Source: Auanema rhodensis
Lineage: Eukaryota > Animalia > Nematoda
Length of the DNA stretch: 64,000 nt
Assembly (NCBI GenBank): GCA_964057225.1
Contig: OZ059897.1
Coordinates: 3,906,001 to 3,970,000, forward strand
Direction: 5' to 3'
In this document: in pieces, positions 27,201-40,900 of the stretch
Layout: the number at the start of each line of letters is the position of its first letter
Position numbering within the stretch: the stretch's first letter is position 1
Program-made: the position numbers and the translations under genes
Notes under the pieces: generated by a model
What the model saw: the letters and a program-made list of their open reading frames with translations, nothing else
Database searches by the model: none
Told to the model about the DNA's origin: nothing

Positions 27201-30200
27201 GATCTGTGTTATCAGATTTGAGTTAGCTTAAAAATGCACCGAGATATCAACTGATATATGTTCACGCTTATATCCTCGATTTTCACACTGAAGAAATGAT
27301 TTTTTCGTTGAATAACATTGTCCATCGTCTTCGTCTTGAAAAAAGGAATCTAAAAACATCTACTTTTTGTGAAATTATTTATAAATTTTTCGGGAAAATT
27401 TTTGTCAAAATGTTTTTGGAAGCAATGTTGAGTGTACATGGGAACTCAACATACACTAATGCATTATTTTTCAAACGATCATAACTAATTTTTGTATAGA
27501 GCGTTTCTCAATGTAGTATAGTGCATTCGATGCGGATTTTTAAGCTGCGTTGATCTGTGTTATCAGATTTGAGTTAGCTTAAAAATGCACCGAGATATCA
27601 ACTGATATATGTTCACACTTATATCCTCGATTTTCACCCTGAAGAAATGATTTTTTCGTTGAAAAACATTGTCCATCGTATTCGTCTTGAAAAAAGGAAT
27701 CTAAAAACATCTACTTTTTGTGAAATTAATTAGAAATTTTTCGGGAAAATTTTTGTCAAAATGTTTTTGGAAGCAATGTTGAGTGTACATGGGAACTCAA
27801 CATACACTAATGCATTATTTTTCAAACGATCATAACTAATTTTTGTATAGAGCGTTTCTCAATGTAGTATAGTGCTGTCGATGCGGATTTTCAAGCTGCG
27901 TTGATCTGTGTTATCAGATTTGAGTTAGCTTAAAAATGCACCGAGATATCAACTGATATATGTTCACGCTTATATCCTCGATTTTCACACTGAAGAAATG
28001 ATTTTTTCGTTGAATAACATTGTCCATCGTCTTCGTCTTGAAAAAAGGAATCTAAAAACATCTACTTTTTGTGAAATTATTTATAAATTTTTCGGGAAAA
28101 TTTTTGTCAAAATGTTTTTGGAAGCAATGTTGAGTGTACATGGGAACTCAGCATACACTAATGCATTATTTTTCAAACGATCATAACTAGTTTTTGTATA
28201 GAGCGTTTCTCAATGTAGTATAGTGCATTCGATGCGGATTTTTAAGCTGCGTCGATCTGTGTTATCAGATTTGCGCTAGCTTAAAAATGCACCGAGATAT
28301 CAACTCATATAGGTTCACACTTATATCCTCGATTTTCACCCTGAAGAATTAATTTTTTCGTTGAATAACATTGTCCATCGTCTTTGCCTTGAAAAAAGGA
28401 ATCTAAAAACATCTACTTTTTGTGAAATTATTTAGAAATTTTTCGGGAAAATTTTTGTCACAATGTTTTTGGAAGCAATGTTGAGTGTACATGGGAACTC
28501 AGCATACACTAATGCATTATTTTTCAAACGATCATAACTAATTTTTGTATAGAGCGTTTCTCAATGTAGTATAGTGCTGTCGATGCGGATTTTTAAGCTG
28601 CGTTGATCTGTGTTATCAGATTTGAGTTAGCTTAAAAATGCACCGAGATATCAACTGATATATGTTCACGCTTATATCCTCGATTTTCACACTGAAGAAA
28701 TGATTTTTTCGTTGAATAACATTGTCCATCGTCTTCGTCTTGAAAAAAGGAATCTAAAAACATCTACTTTTTGTGAAATTATTTATAAATTTTTCGGGAA
28801 AATTTTTGTCAAAATGTTTTTGGAAGCAATGTTGAGTGTACATGGGAACTCAACATACACTAATGCATTATTTTTCAAACGATCATAACTAATTTTTGTA
28901 TAGAGCGTTTCTCAATGTAGTATAGTGCATTCGATGCGGATTTTTAAGCTGCGTTGATCTGTGTTATCAGATTTGAGTTAGCTTAAAAATGCACCGAGAT
29001 ATCAACTGATATATGTTCACACTTATATCCTCGATTTTCACCCTGAAGAAATGATTTTTTCGTTGAAAAACATTGTCCATCGTATTCGTCTTGAAAAAAG
29101 GAATCTAAAAACATCTACTTTTTGTGAAATTAATTAGAAATTTTTCGGGAAAATTTTTGTCAAAATGTTTTTGGAAGCAATGTTGAGTGTACATGGGAAC
29201 TCAACATACACTAATGCATTATTTTTCAAACGATCATAACTAATTTTTGTATAGAGCGTTTCTCAATGTAGTATAGTGCTGTCGATGCGGATTTTCAAGC
29301 TGCGTTGATCTGTGTTATCAGATTTGAGTTAGCTTAAAAATGCACCGAGATATCAACTGATATATGTTCACGCTTATATCCTCGATTTTCACACTGAAGA
29401 AATGATTTTTTCGTTGAATAACATTGTCCATCGTCTTCGTCTTGAAAAAAGGAATCTAAAAACATCTACTTTTTGTGAAATTATTTATAAATTTTTCGGG
29501 AAAATTTTTGTCAAAATGTTTTTGGAAGCAATGTTGAGTGTACATGGGAACTCAGCATACACTAATGCATTATTTTTCAAACGATCATAACTAGTTTTTG
29601 TATAGAGCGTTTCTCAATGTAGTATAGTGCATTCGATGCGGATTTTTAAGCTGCGTTGATCTGTGTTATCAGATTTGAGTTAGCTTAAAAATGCACCGAG
29701 ATATCAACTGATATATGTTCACACTTATATCCTCGATTTTCACCCTGAAGAAATGATTTTTTCGTTGAATAACATTGTCCATCGTCTTCGTCTTGAAAAA
29801 AGGAATCTAAAAACATCTACTTTTTGTGAAATTATTTATAAATTTTTCGGGAAAATTTTTGTCAAAATGTTTTTGGAAGCAATGTTGAGTGTACATGGGA
29901 ACTCAACATACACTAATGCATTATTTTTCAAACGATCATAACTAATTTTTGTATAGAGCGTTTCTCAATGTAGTATAGTGCTGTCGATGCGGATTTTTAA
30001 GCTGCGTTGATCTGTGTTATCAGATTTGAGTTAGCTTAAAAATGCACCGAGATATCAACTGATATATGTTCACGCTTATATCCTCGATTTTCACACTGAA
30101 GAAATGATTTTTTCGTTGAATAACATTGTCCATCGTCTTCGTCTTGAAAAAAGGAATCTAAAAACATCTACTTTTTGTGAAATTATTTATAAATTTTTCG

Positions 30201-32699
30201 GGAAAATTTTTGTCAAAATGTTTTTGGAAGCAATGTTGAGTGTACATGGGAACTCAGCATACACTAATGCATTATTTTTCAAACGATCATAACTAATTTT
30301 TGTATAGAGCGTTTCTCAATGTAGTATAGTGCATTCGATGCGGATTTTTAAGCTGCGTTGATCTGTGTTATCAGATTTGAGTTAGCTTAAAAATGCACCG
30401 AGATATCAACTGATATATGTTCACACTTATATCCTCGATTTTCACCCTGAAGAAATGATTTTTTCGTTGAAAAACATTGTCCATCGTATTCGTCTTGAAA
30501 AAAGGAATCTAAAAACATCTACTTTTTGTGAAATTAATTAGAAATTTTTCGGGAAAATTTTTGTCAAAATGTTTTTGGAAGCAATGTTTAGTGTACATGG
30601 GAACTCAACATACACTAATGCATTATTTTTCAAACGATCATAACTAATTTTTGTATAGAGCGTTTCTCAATGTAGTATAGTGCTGTCGATGCGGATTTTT
30701 AAGCTGCGTTGATCTGTGTTATCAGATTTGAGTTAGCTTAAAAATGCACCGAGATATCAACTGATATATGGTCACGCTTATATCCTCGATTTTCACCCTG
30801 AAGAAATGATTTTTTCGTTGAATAACATTGTCCATCGTCTTTGTCTTGAAAAAAGGAATCTAAAAACATCTACTTTTTGTGAAATTATTTAGAAATTTTT
30901 CGGGAAAATTTTTGTCAAAATGTTTTTGGAAGCAATGTTGAGTGTACATGGGAACTCAACATACACTAATGCATTATTTTTCAAACGATCATAACTAATT
31001 TTTGTATTAAGCGTTTATCAATGTAGTATAGTGCATTCGATGCGGATTTTTAAGCTGCGTCGATCTGTGTTATCAGATTTGCGCTAGCTTGAAAATGCAC
31101 CGAGATATCAACTGATATAGGTTCACACTTATATCCTCGATTTTCACCCTGAAGAATTAATTTTTTCGTTGAATAACATTGTCCATCGTCTTTGCCTTGA
31201 AAAAAGGAATCTAAAAACATCTACTTTTTGTGAAATTATTTAGAAATTTTTCGGGAAAATTTTTGTCACAATGTTTTTGGAAGCAATATTGAGTGTACAT
31301 GGGAACTCAGCATACACTAATGCATTATTTTTCAAACGATCATAACTAATTTTTGTATAGAGCGTTTCTCAATGTAGTATAGTGCTGTCGATGCGGATTT
31401 TTAAGCTGCGTTGATCTGTGTTATCAGATTTGAGTTGGCTTAAAAATGCACCGAGATATCAACTGATATATGTTCACGCTTATATCCTCGATTTTCACAC
31501 TGAAGAAATGATTTTTTCGTTGAATAACATTGTCCATCGTCTTCGTCTTGAAAAAAGGAATCTAAAAACATCTACTTTTTGTGAAATTATTTATAAATTT
31601 TTCGGGAAAATTTTTGTCAAAATGTTTTTGGAAGCAATGTTGAGTGTACATGGGAACTCAACATACACTAATGCATTATTTTTCAAACGATCATAACTAA
31701 TTTTTGTATTAAGCGTTTATCAATGTAGTATAGTGCATTCGATGCGGATTTTTAAGCTGCGTCGATCTGTGTTATCAGATTTGCGCTAGCTTGAAAATGC
31801 ACCGAGATATCAACTGATATAGGTTCACACTTATATCCTCGATTTTCACCCTGAAGAATTAATTTTTTCGTTGAATAACATTGTCCATCGTCTTTGCCTT
31901 GAAAAAAGGAATCTAAAAACATCTACTTTTTGTGAAATTATTTAGAAATTTTTCGGGAAAATTTTTGTCACAATGTTTTTGGAAGCAATGTTGAGTGTAC
32001 ATGGGAACTCAACATACACTAATGCATTATTTTTCAAACGATCATAACTAATTTTTGTATAGAACGTTTCTCAATGTAGTATAGTGCATTCGATGCGGAT
32101 TTTTAAGCTGCGTTGATCTGTGTTATCAGATTTGAGTTAGCTTAAAAATGCACCGAGATATCAACTGATATATGTTCACGCTTATATCCTCGATTTTCAC
32201 ACTGAAGAAATGATTTTTTCGTTGAATAACATTGTCCATCGTCTTCGTCTTGAAAAAAGGAATCTAAAAACATCTACTTTTTGTGAAATTATTCATAAAT
32301 TTTTCGGGAAAATTTTTGTCAAAATGTTTTTGGAAGCAATGTTGAGTGTACATGGGAACTCAACATACACTAATGCATTATTTTTCAAACGATCATAACT
32401 AATTTTTGTATTAAGCGTTTATCAATGTAGTATAGTGCATTCGATGCGGATTTTTAAGCTGCGTCGATCTGTGTTATCAGATTTGCGCTAGCTTGAAAAT
32501 GCACCGAGATATCAACTGATATAGGTTCACACTTATATCCTCGATTTTCACCCTGAAGAATTAATTTTTTCGTTGAATAACATTGTCCACCGTCTTCGTC
32601 TCGAAAAAAGGAATCTAAAAACATCTACTTTTTGTGAAATTATTTAGAAATTTTTCGGGAAAATTTTTGTCAAAATGTTTTTGGAAGCAATGTTGAGTG

Positions 32700-35600
32700 T
32701 ACATGGGAACTCAACATACACTAATGCATTATTTTTCATACGATCATAACTAATTTTTGTATAAAGCGTTTCTCAATGTAGTATAGTGCATTCGATGCGG
32801 ATTTTTAAGCTGCGTTGATCTGTGTTATCAGATTTGAGTTAACTTAAAAATGCACCGAGATATCAACTGATATATGTTCACACTTATATCCTCGATTTTC
32901 ACCCTGAAGAAATGATTTTTTCGTTGAAAAACATTGTCCATCGTATTGGTCTTGAAAAAAGGAATCTAAAAACATCTACTTTTTGTGAAATTATTTAGAA
33001 ATTTTTCGGGAAAATTTTTGTCAAAATGTTTTTGGAAGCAATGTGAGTGTACATGGGAACTCAACATACACTAATGCATTATTTTTCAAACGATCATAAC
33101 TAATTTTTGTATAGAGCGTTTCTCAATGTAGTATAGTGCATTCGATGCGGATTTTTAAGCTGCGTTGATCTGTGTTATCAGATTTGAGTTAACTTAAAAA
33201 TGCACCGAGATATCAACTGATATATGTTCACACTTATATCCTCGATTTTCACCCTGAAGAAATGATTTTTTCGTTGAAAAACATTGTCCATCGTATTGGT
33301 CTTGAAAAAAGGAATCTAAAAACATCTACTTTTTGTGAAATTATTTAGAAATTTTTCGGGAAAATTTTTGTCAAAATGTTTTTGGAAGCAATGTGAGTGT
33401 ACATGGGAACTCAACATACACTAATGCATTATTTTTCAAACGATCATAACTAATTTTTGTATGGAGCGTTTCTCAATGTAGTATAGTGCATTCGATGCGG
33501 ATTTTTAAGCTGCGTTGATCTGTGTTATCAGATTTGCGCTAGCTTAAAAATGCACCGAGTAATCAACTGATATAGGTTCACACTTATATCCTCGATTTTC
33601 ACCCTGAAGAATTAATTTTTTTCGTTGAATAACATTGTCCATCGTCTTTGCCTTAAAAAAAGAAATCTAAAAACTCCTACTTTTTGTGAAATTATTTAGA
33701 AATTTTTCGGGAAAATTTTTGTCACAATGTTTTTGGAAGCAATGTTGAGTGTACATGGGAACTCAGCATACACTAATGCATTATTTTTCAAACGATCATA
33801 ACTAATTTTTGTATGGAGCGTTTCTCAATGTAGTATAGTGCATTCGATGCGGATTTTTAAGCTGCGTTGATCTGTGTTATCAGATTTGCGCTAGCTTAAA
33901 AATGCACCGAGTAATCAACTGATATAGGTTCACACTTATATCCTCGATTTTCACCCTGAAGAATTAATTTTTTCGTTGAATAACATTGTCCATCGTCTTT
34001 GCCTTGAAAAAAGAAATCTAAAAACTCCTACTTTTTGTGAAATTATTTAGAAATTTTTCGGGAAAATTTTTGTCACAATGTTTTTGGAAGCAATGTTGAG
34101 TGTACATGGGAACTCAGCATACACTAATGCATTATTTTTCAAACGATCATAACTAATTTTTGTATAGAGCGTTTCTCAATGTAGTATAGTGCATTCGATG
34201 CGGATTTTTAAGCTGCGTCGATCTGTGTTATCAGATTTGAGTTAGCTTAAAAATGCACCGAGATATCAACTGATATATGTTCACACTTATATCCTCGATT
34301 TTCACCCTGAAGAAATGATTTTTTCGTTGAAAAACATTGTCCATCGTATTGGTCTTGAAAAAAGGAATCTAAAAACATCTACTTTTTGTGAAATTATTTA
34401 GAAATTTTTCGGGAAAATTTTTGTCAAAATGTTTTTGGAAGCAATGTTGAGTGTACATGGGAACTCAACATACACTAATGCATTATTTTTCAAACGATCA
34501 TAACTAATTTTTGTATGGAGCGTTTCTCAATGTAGTATAGTGCATTCGATGCGGATTTTTAAGCTGCGTTGATCTGTGTTATCAGATTTGCGCTAGCTTA
34601 AAAATGCACCGAGTAATCAACTGATATAGGTTCACACTTATATCCTCGATTTTCACCCTGAAGAATTAATTTTTTTCGTTGAATAACATTGTCCATCGTC
34701 TTTGCCTTAAAAAAAGAAATCTAAAAACTCCTACTTTTTGTGAAATTATTTAGAAATTTTTCGGGAAAATTTTTGTCACAATGTTTTTGGAAGCAATGTT
34801 GAGTGTACATGGGAACTCAGCATACACTAATGCATTATTTTTCAAACGATCATAACTAATTTTTGTATGGAGCGTTTCTCAATGTAGTATAGTGCATTCG
34901 ATGCGGATTTTTAAGCTGCGTTGATCTGTGTTATCAGATTTGCGCTAGCTTAAAAATGCACCGAGTAATCAACTGATATAGGTTCACACTTATATCCTCG
35001 ATTTTCACCCTGAAGAATTAATTTTTTCGTTGAATAACATTGTCCATCGTCTTTGCCTTGAAAAAAGAAATCTAAAAACTCCTACTTTTTGTGAAATTAT
35101 TTAGAAATTTTTCGGGAAAATTTTTGTCACAATGTTTTTGGAAGCAATGTTGAGTGTACATGGGAACTCAGCATACACTAATGCATTATTTTTCAAACGA
35201 TCATAACTAATTTTTGTATAGAGCGTTTCTCAATGTAGTATAGTGCATTCGATGCGGATTTTTAAGCTGCGTCGATCTGTGTTATCAGATTTGCGCTAGC
35301 TTAAAAATGCACCGAGATATCAACTGATATATGTTCACACTTATATCCTCGATTTTCACCCTGAAGAAATGATTTTTTCGTTGAAAAACATTGTCCATCG
35401 TATTCGTCTTGAAAAAAAGAATCTAAAAACATCTACTTTTTGTGAAATTATTCAGAAATTTTTCGGGAAAATTTTTGTCAAAATGTTTTTGGAAGCAATG
35501 TTGAGTGTACATGGGAACTCAACATACACTAATGCATTATTTTTCAAACGATCATAACTTATTTTTGTATGGAGCGTTTCTCAATGTAGTATAGTGCATT

Positions 35601-38600
35601 CGATGCGGATTTTTAAGCTGCGTTGATCTGTGTTATCAGATTTGCGCTAGCTTAAAAATGCACCGAGTAATCAACTGATATAGGTTCACACTTATATCCT
35701 CGATTTTCACCCTGAAGAAATGATTTTTTCGTTGAATAACATTGTCCATCGTCTTCGTCTTGAAAAAAGGAATCTAAAAACATCTACTTTTTGTGAAATT
35801 ATTTAGAAATTTTTCGGGAAAATTTTTGTCAAAATGTTTTTGGAAGCAATGTTGAGTGTACATGGGAACTCAACATACACTAATGCATTATTTTTCAAAC
35901 GATCATAACTAATTTTTGTATGGAGCGTTTCTCAATGTAGTATAGTGCATTCGATGCGGATTTTTAAGCTGCGTTGATCTGTGTTATCAGATTTGCGCTA
36001 GCTTAAAAATGCACCGAGTAATCAACTGATATAGGTTCACACTTATATCCTCGATTTTCACCCTGAAGAATTAATTTTTTCGTTGAATAACATTGTCCAT
36101 CGTCTTTGCCTTGAAAAAAGAAATCTAAAAACTCCTACTTTTTGTGAAATTATTTAGAAATTTTTCGGGAAAATTTTTGTCACAATGTTTTTGGAAGCAA
36201 TGTTGAGTGTACATGGGAACTCAGCATACACTAATGCATTATTTTTCAAACGATCATAACTAATTTTTGTATAGAGCGTTTCTCAATGTAGTATAGTGCA
36301 TTCGATGCGGATTTTTAAGCTGCGTCGATCTGTGTTATCAGATTTGAGTTAGCTTAAAAATGCACCGAGATATCAACTGATATATGTTCACACTTATATC
36401 CTCGATTTTCACCCTGAAGAAATGATTTTTTCGTTGAAAAACATTGTCCATCGTATTGGTCTTGAAAAAAGGAATCTAAAAACATCTACTTTTTGTGAAA
36501 TTATTTAGAAATTTTTCGGGAAAATTTTTGTCAAAATGTTTTTGGAAGCAATGTTGAGTGTACATGGGAACTCAACATACACTAATGCATTATTTTTCAA
36601 ACGATCATAACTAATTTTTGTATGGAGCGTTTCTCAATGTAGTATAGTGCATTCGATGCGGATTTTTAAGCTGCGTTGATCTGTGTTATCAGATTTGCGC
36701 TAGCTTAAAAATGCACCGAGTAATCAACTGATATAGGTTCACACTTATATCCTCGATTTTCACCCTGAAGAATTAATTTTTTTCGTTGAATAACATTGTC
36801 CATCGTCTTTGCCTTAAAAAAAGAAATCTAAAAACTCCTACTTTTTGTGAAATTATTTAGAAATTTTTCGGGAAAATTTTTGTCACAATGTTTTTGGAAG
36901 CAATGTTGAGTGTACATGGGAACTCAGCATACACTAATGCATTATTTTTCAAACGATCATAACTAATTTTTGTATGGAGCGTTTCTCAATGTAGTATAGT
37001 GCATTCGATGCGGATTTTTAAGCTGCGTTGATCTGTGTTATCAGATTTGCGCTAGCTTAAAAATGCACCGAGTAATCAACTGATATAGGTTCACACTTAT
37101 ATCCTCGATTTTCACCCTGAAGAATTAATTTTTTCGTTGAATAACATTGTCCATCGTCTTTGCCTTGAAAAAAGAAATCTAAAAACTCCTACTTTTTGTG
37201 AAATTATTTAGAAATTTTTCGGGAAAATTTTTGTCACAATGTTTTTGGAAGCAATGTTGAGTGTACATGGGAACTCAGCATACACTAATGCATTATTTTT
37301 CAAACGATCATAACTAATTTTTGTATAGAGCGTTTCTCAATGTAGTATAGTGCATTCGATGCGGATTTTTAAGCTGCGTCGATCTGTGTTATCAGATTTG
37401 CGCTAGCTTAAAAATGCACCGAGATATCAACTGATATATGTTCACACTTATATCCTCGATTTTCACCCTGAAGAAATGATTTTTTCGTTGAAAAACATTG
37501 TCCATCGTATTCGTCTTGAAAAAAAGAATCTAAAAACATCTACTTTTTGTGAAATTATTCAGAAATTTTTCGGGAAAATTTTTGTCAAAATGTTTTTGGA
37601 AGCAATGTTGAGTGTACATGGGAACTCAACATACACTAATGCATTATTTTTCAAACGATCATAACTTATTTTTGTATGGAGCGTTTCTCAATGTAGTATA
37701 GTGCATTCGATGCGGATTTTTAAGCTGCGTTGATCTGTGTTATCAGATTTGCGCTAGCTTAAAAATGCACCGAGTAATCAACTGATATAGGTTCACACTT
37801 ATATCCTCGATTTTCACCCTGAAGAATTAATTTTTTCGTTGAATAACATTGTCCATCGTCTTTGCCTTGAAAAAAGAAATCTAAAAACTCCTACTTTTTG
37901 TGAAATTATTTAGAAATTTTTCGGGAAAATTTTTGTCACAATGTTTTTGGAAGCAATGTTGAGTGTACATGGGAACTCAGCATACACTAATGCATTATTT
38001 TTCAAACGATCATAACTAATTTTTGTATAGAGCGTTTCTCAATGTAGTATAGTGCATTCGATGCGGATTTTTAAGCTGCGTCGATCTGTGTTATCAGATT
38101 TGCGCTAGCTTAAAAATGCACCGAGATATCAACTGATATATGTTCACACTTATATCCTCGATTTTCACCCTGAAGAAATGATTTTTTCGTTGAAAAACAT
38201 TGTCCATCGTATTCGTCTTGAAAAAAAGAATCTAAAAACATCTACTTTTTGTGAAATTATTCAGAAATTTTTCGGGAAAATTTTTGTCAAAATGTTTTTG
38301 GAAGCAATGTTGAGTGTACATGGGAACTCAACATACACTAATGCATTATTTTTCAAACGATCATAACTTATTTTTGTATGGAGCGTTTCTCAATGTAGTA
38401 TAGTGCATTCGATGCGGATTTTTAAGCTGCGTTGATCTGTGTTATCAGATTTGCGCTAGCTTAAAAATGCACCGAGTAATCAACTGATATAGGTTCACAC
38501 TTATATCCTCGATTTTCACCCTGAAGAAATGATTTTTTCGTTGAATAACATTGTCCATCGTCTTCGTCTTGAAAAAAGGAATCTAAAAACATCTACTTTT

Positions 38601-40900
38601 TGTGAAATTATTTAGAAATTTTTCGGGAAAATTTTTGTCAAAATGTTTTTGGAAGCAATGTTGAGTGTACATGGGAACTCAACATACACTAATGCATTAT
38701 TTTTCAAACGATCATAACTAATTTTTGTATGGAGCGTTTCTCAATGTAGTATAGTGCATTCGATGCGGATTTTTAAGCTGCGTTGATCTGTGTTATCAGA
38801 TTTGCGCTAGCTTAAAAATGCACCGAGTAATCAACTGATATAGGTTCACACTTATATCCTCGATTTTCACCCTGAAGAATTAATTTTTTTCGTTGAATAA
38901 CATTGTCCATCGTCTTTGCCTTAAAAAAAGAAATCTAAAAACTCCTACTTTTTGTGAAATTATTTAGAAATTTTTCGGGAAAATTTTTGTCACAATGTTT
39001 TTGGAAGCAATGTTGAGTGTACATGGGAACTCAGCATACACTAATGCATTATTTTTCAAACGATCATAACTAATTTTTGTATGGAGCGTTTCTCAATGTA
39101 GTATAGTGCATTCGATGCGGATTTTTAAGCTGCGTTGATCTGTGTTATCAGATTTGCGCTAGCTTAAAAATGCACCGAGTAATCAACTGATATAGGTTCA
39201 CACTTATATCCTCGATTTTCACCCTGAAGAATTAATTTTTTCGTTGAATAACATTGTCCATCGTCTTTGCCTTGAAAAAAGAAATCTAAAAACTCCTACT
39301 TTTTGTGAAATTATTTAGAAATTTTTCGGGAAAATTTTTGTCACAATGTTTTTGGAAGCAATGTTGAGTGTACATGGGAACTCAGCATACACTAATGCAT
39401 TATTTTTCAAACGATCATAACTAATTTTTGTATAGAGCGTTTCTCAATGTAGTATAGTGCATTCGATGCGGATTTTTAAGCTGCGTCGATCTGTGTTATC
39501 AGATTTGAGTTAGCTTAAAAATGCACCGAGATATCAACTGATATATGTTCACACTTATATCCTCGATTTTCACCCTGAAGAAATGATTTTTTCGTTGAAA
39601 AACATTGTCCATCGTATTGGTCTTGAAAAAAGGAATCTAAAAACATCTACTTTTTGTGAAATTATTTAGAAATTTTTCGGGAAAATTTTTGTCAAAATGT
39701 TTTTGGAAGCAATGTTGAGTGTACATGGGAACTCAACATACACTAATGCATTATTTTTCAAACGATCATAACTAATTTTTGTATGGAGCGTTTCTCAATG
39801 TAGTATAGTGCATTCGATGCGGATTTTTAAGCTGCGTTGATCTGTGTTATCAGATTTGCGCTAGCTTAAAAATGCACCGAGTAATCAACTGATATAGGTT
39901 CACACTTATATCCTCGATTTTCACCCTGAAGAATTAATTTTTTTCGTTGAATAACATTGTCCATCGTCTTTGCCTTGAAAAAAGAAATCTAAAAACTCCT
40001 ACTTTTTGTGAAATTATTTAGAAATTTTTCGGGAAAATTTTTGTCACAATGTTTTTGGAAGCAATGTTGAGTGTACATGGGAACTCAGCATACACTAATG
40101 CATTATTTTTCAAACGATCATAACTAATTTTTGTATGGAGCGTTTCTCAATGTAGTATAGTGCATTCGATGCGGATTTTTAAGCTGCGTTGATCTGTGTT
40201 ATCAGATTTGCGCTAGCTTAAAAATGCACCGAGTAATCAACTGATATAGGTTCACACTTATATCCTCGATTTTCACCCTGAAGAATTAATTTTTTCGTTG
40301 AATAACATTGTCCATCGTCTTTGCCTTGAAAAAAGAAATCTAAAAACTCCTACTTTTTGTGAAATTATTTAGAAATTTTACGGGAAAATTTTTGTCACAA
40401 TGTTTTTGGAAGCAATGTTGAGTGTACATGGGAACTCAGCATACACTAATGCATTATTTTTCAAACGATCATAACTAATTTTTGTATAGAGCGTTTCTCA
40501 ATGTAGTATAGTGCATTCGATGCGGATTTTTAAGCTGCGTCGATCTGTGTTATCAGATTTGAGTTAGCTTAAAAATGCACCGAGATATCAACTGATATAT
40601 GTTCACACTTATATCCTCGATTTTCACCCTGAAGAAATGATTTTTTCGTTGAAAAACATTGTCCAACGTATTCGTCTTGAAAAAAGGAATCTAAAAACAT
40701 CTACTTTTTGTGAAATTATTCAGAAATTTTTCGGGAAAATTTTTGTCACAATGTTTTTGGAAGCAATATTGAGTGTACATGGGAACTCAGCATACACTAA
40801 TGCATTATTTTTCAAACGATCATAACTAATTTTTGTATAGAGCGTTTCTCAATGTAGTATAGTGCATTCGATGCGGATTTTTAAGCTGCGTTGATCTGTG
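32700..40900. repeat. Satellite sub-domain B (3-/6-mer-like higher-order repeat)
   Basis: Variants gtatGgagcg, aaaacTCctac, cgtattGgtc and taactTattt are confined here. cgagTAatca and attCagaaat first appear here. ORFs at 35369 and 37476 are 2107 bp apart (6 monomers + 1). Confidence 0.8.

Larger units (their letters stand above)
1..32600. repeat. Satellite sub-domain A (irregular higher-order repeat)
   Basis: Variants I saw only here: tttATAaatt, gttaTcttaa, cattTAccat, ctagcttGGaaa, aactCatatagg, aatgttTagtg, tatatgGtcac, taactaGttttt. The boundary is approximate. Confidence 0.8.
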
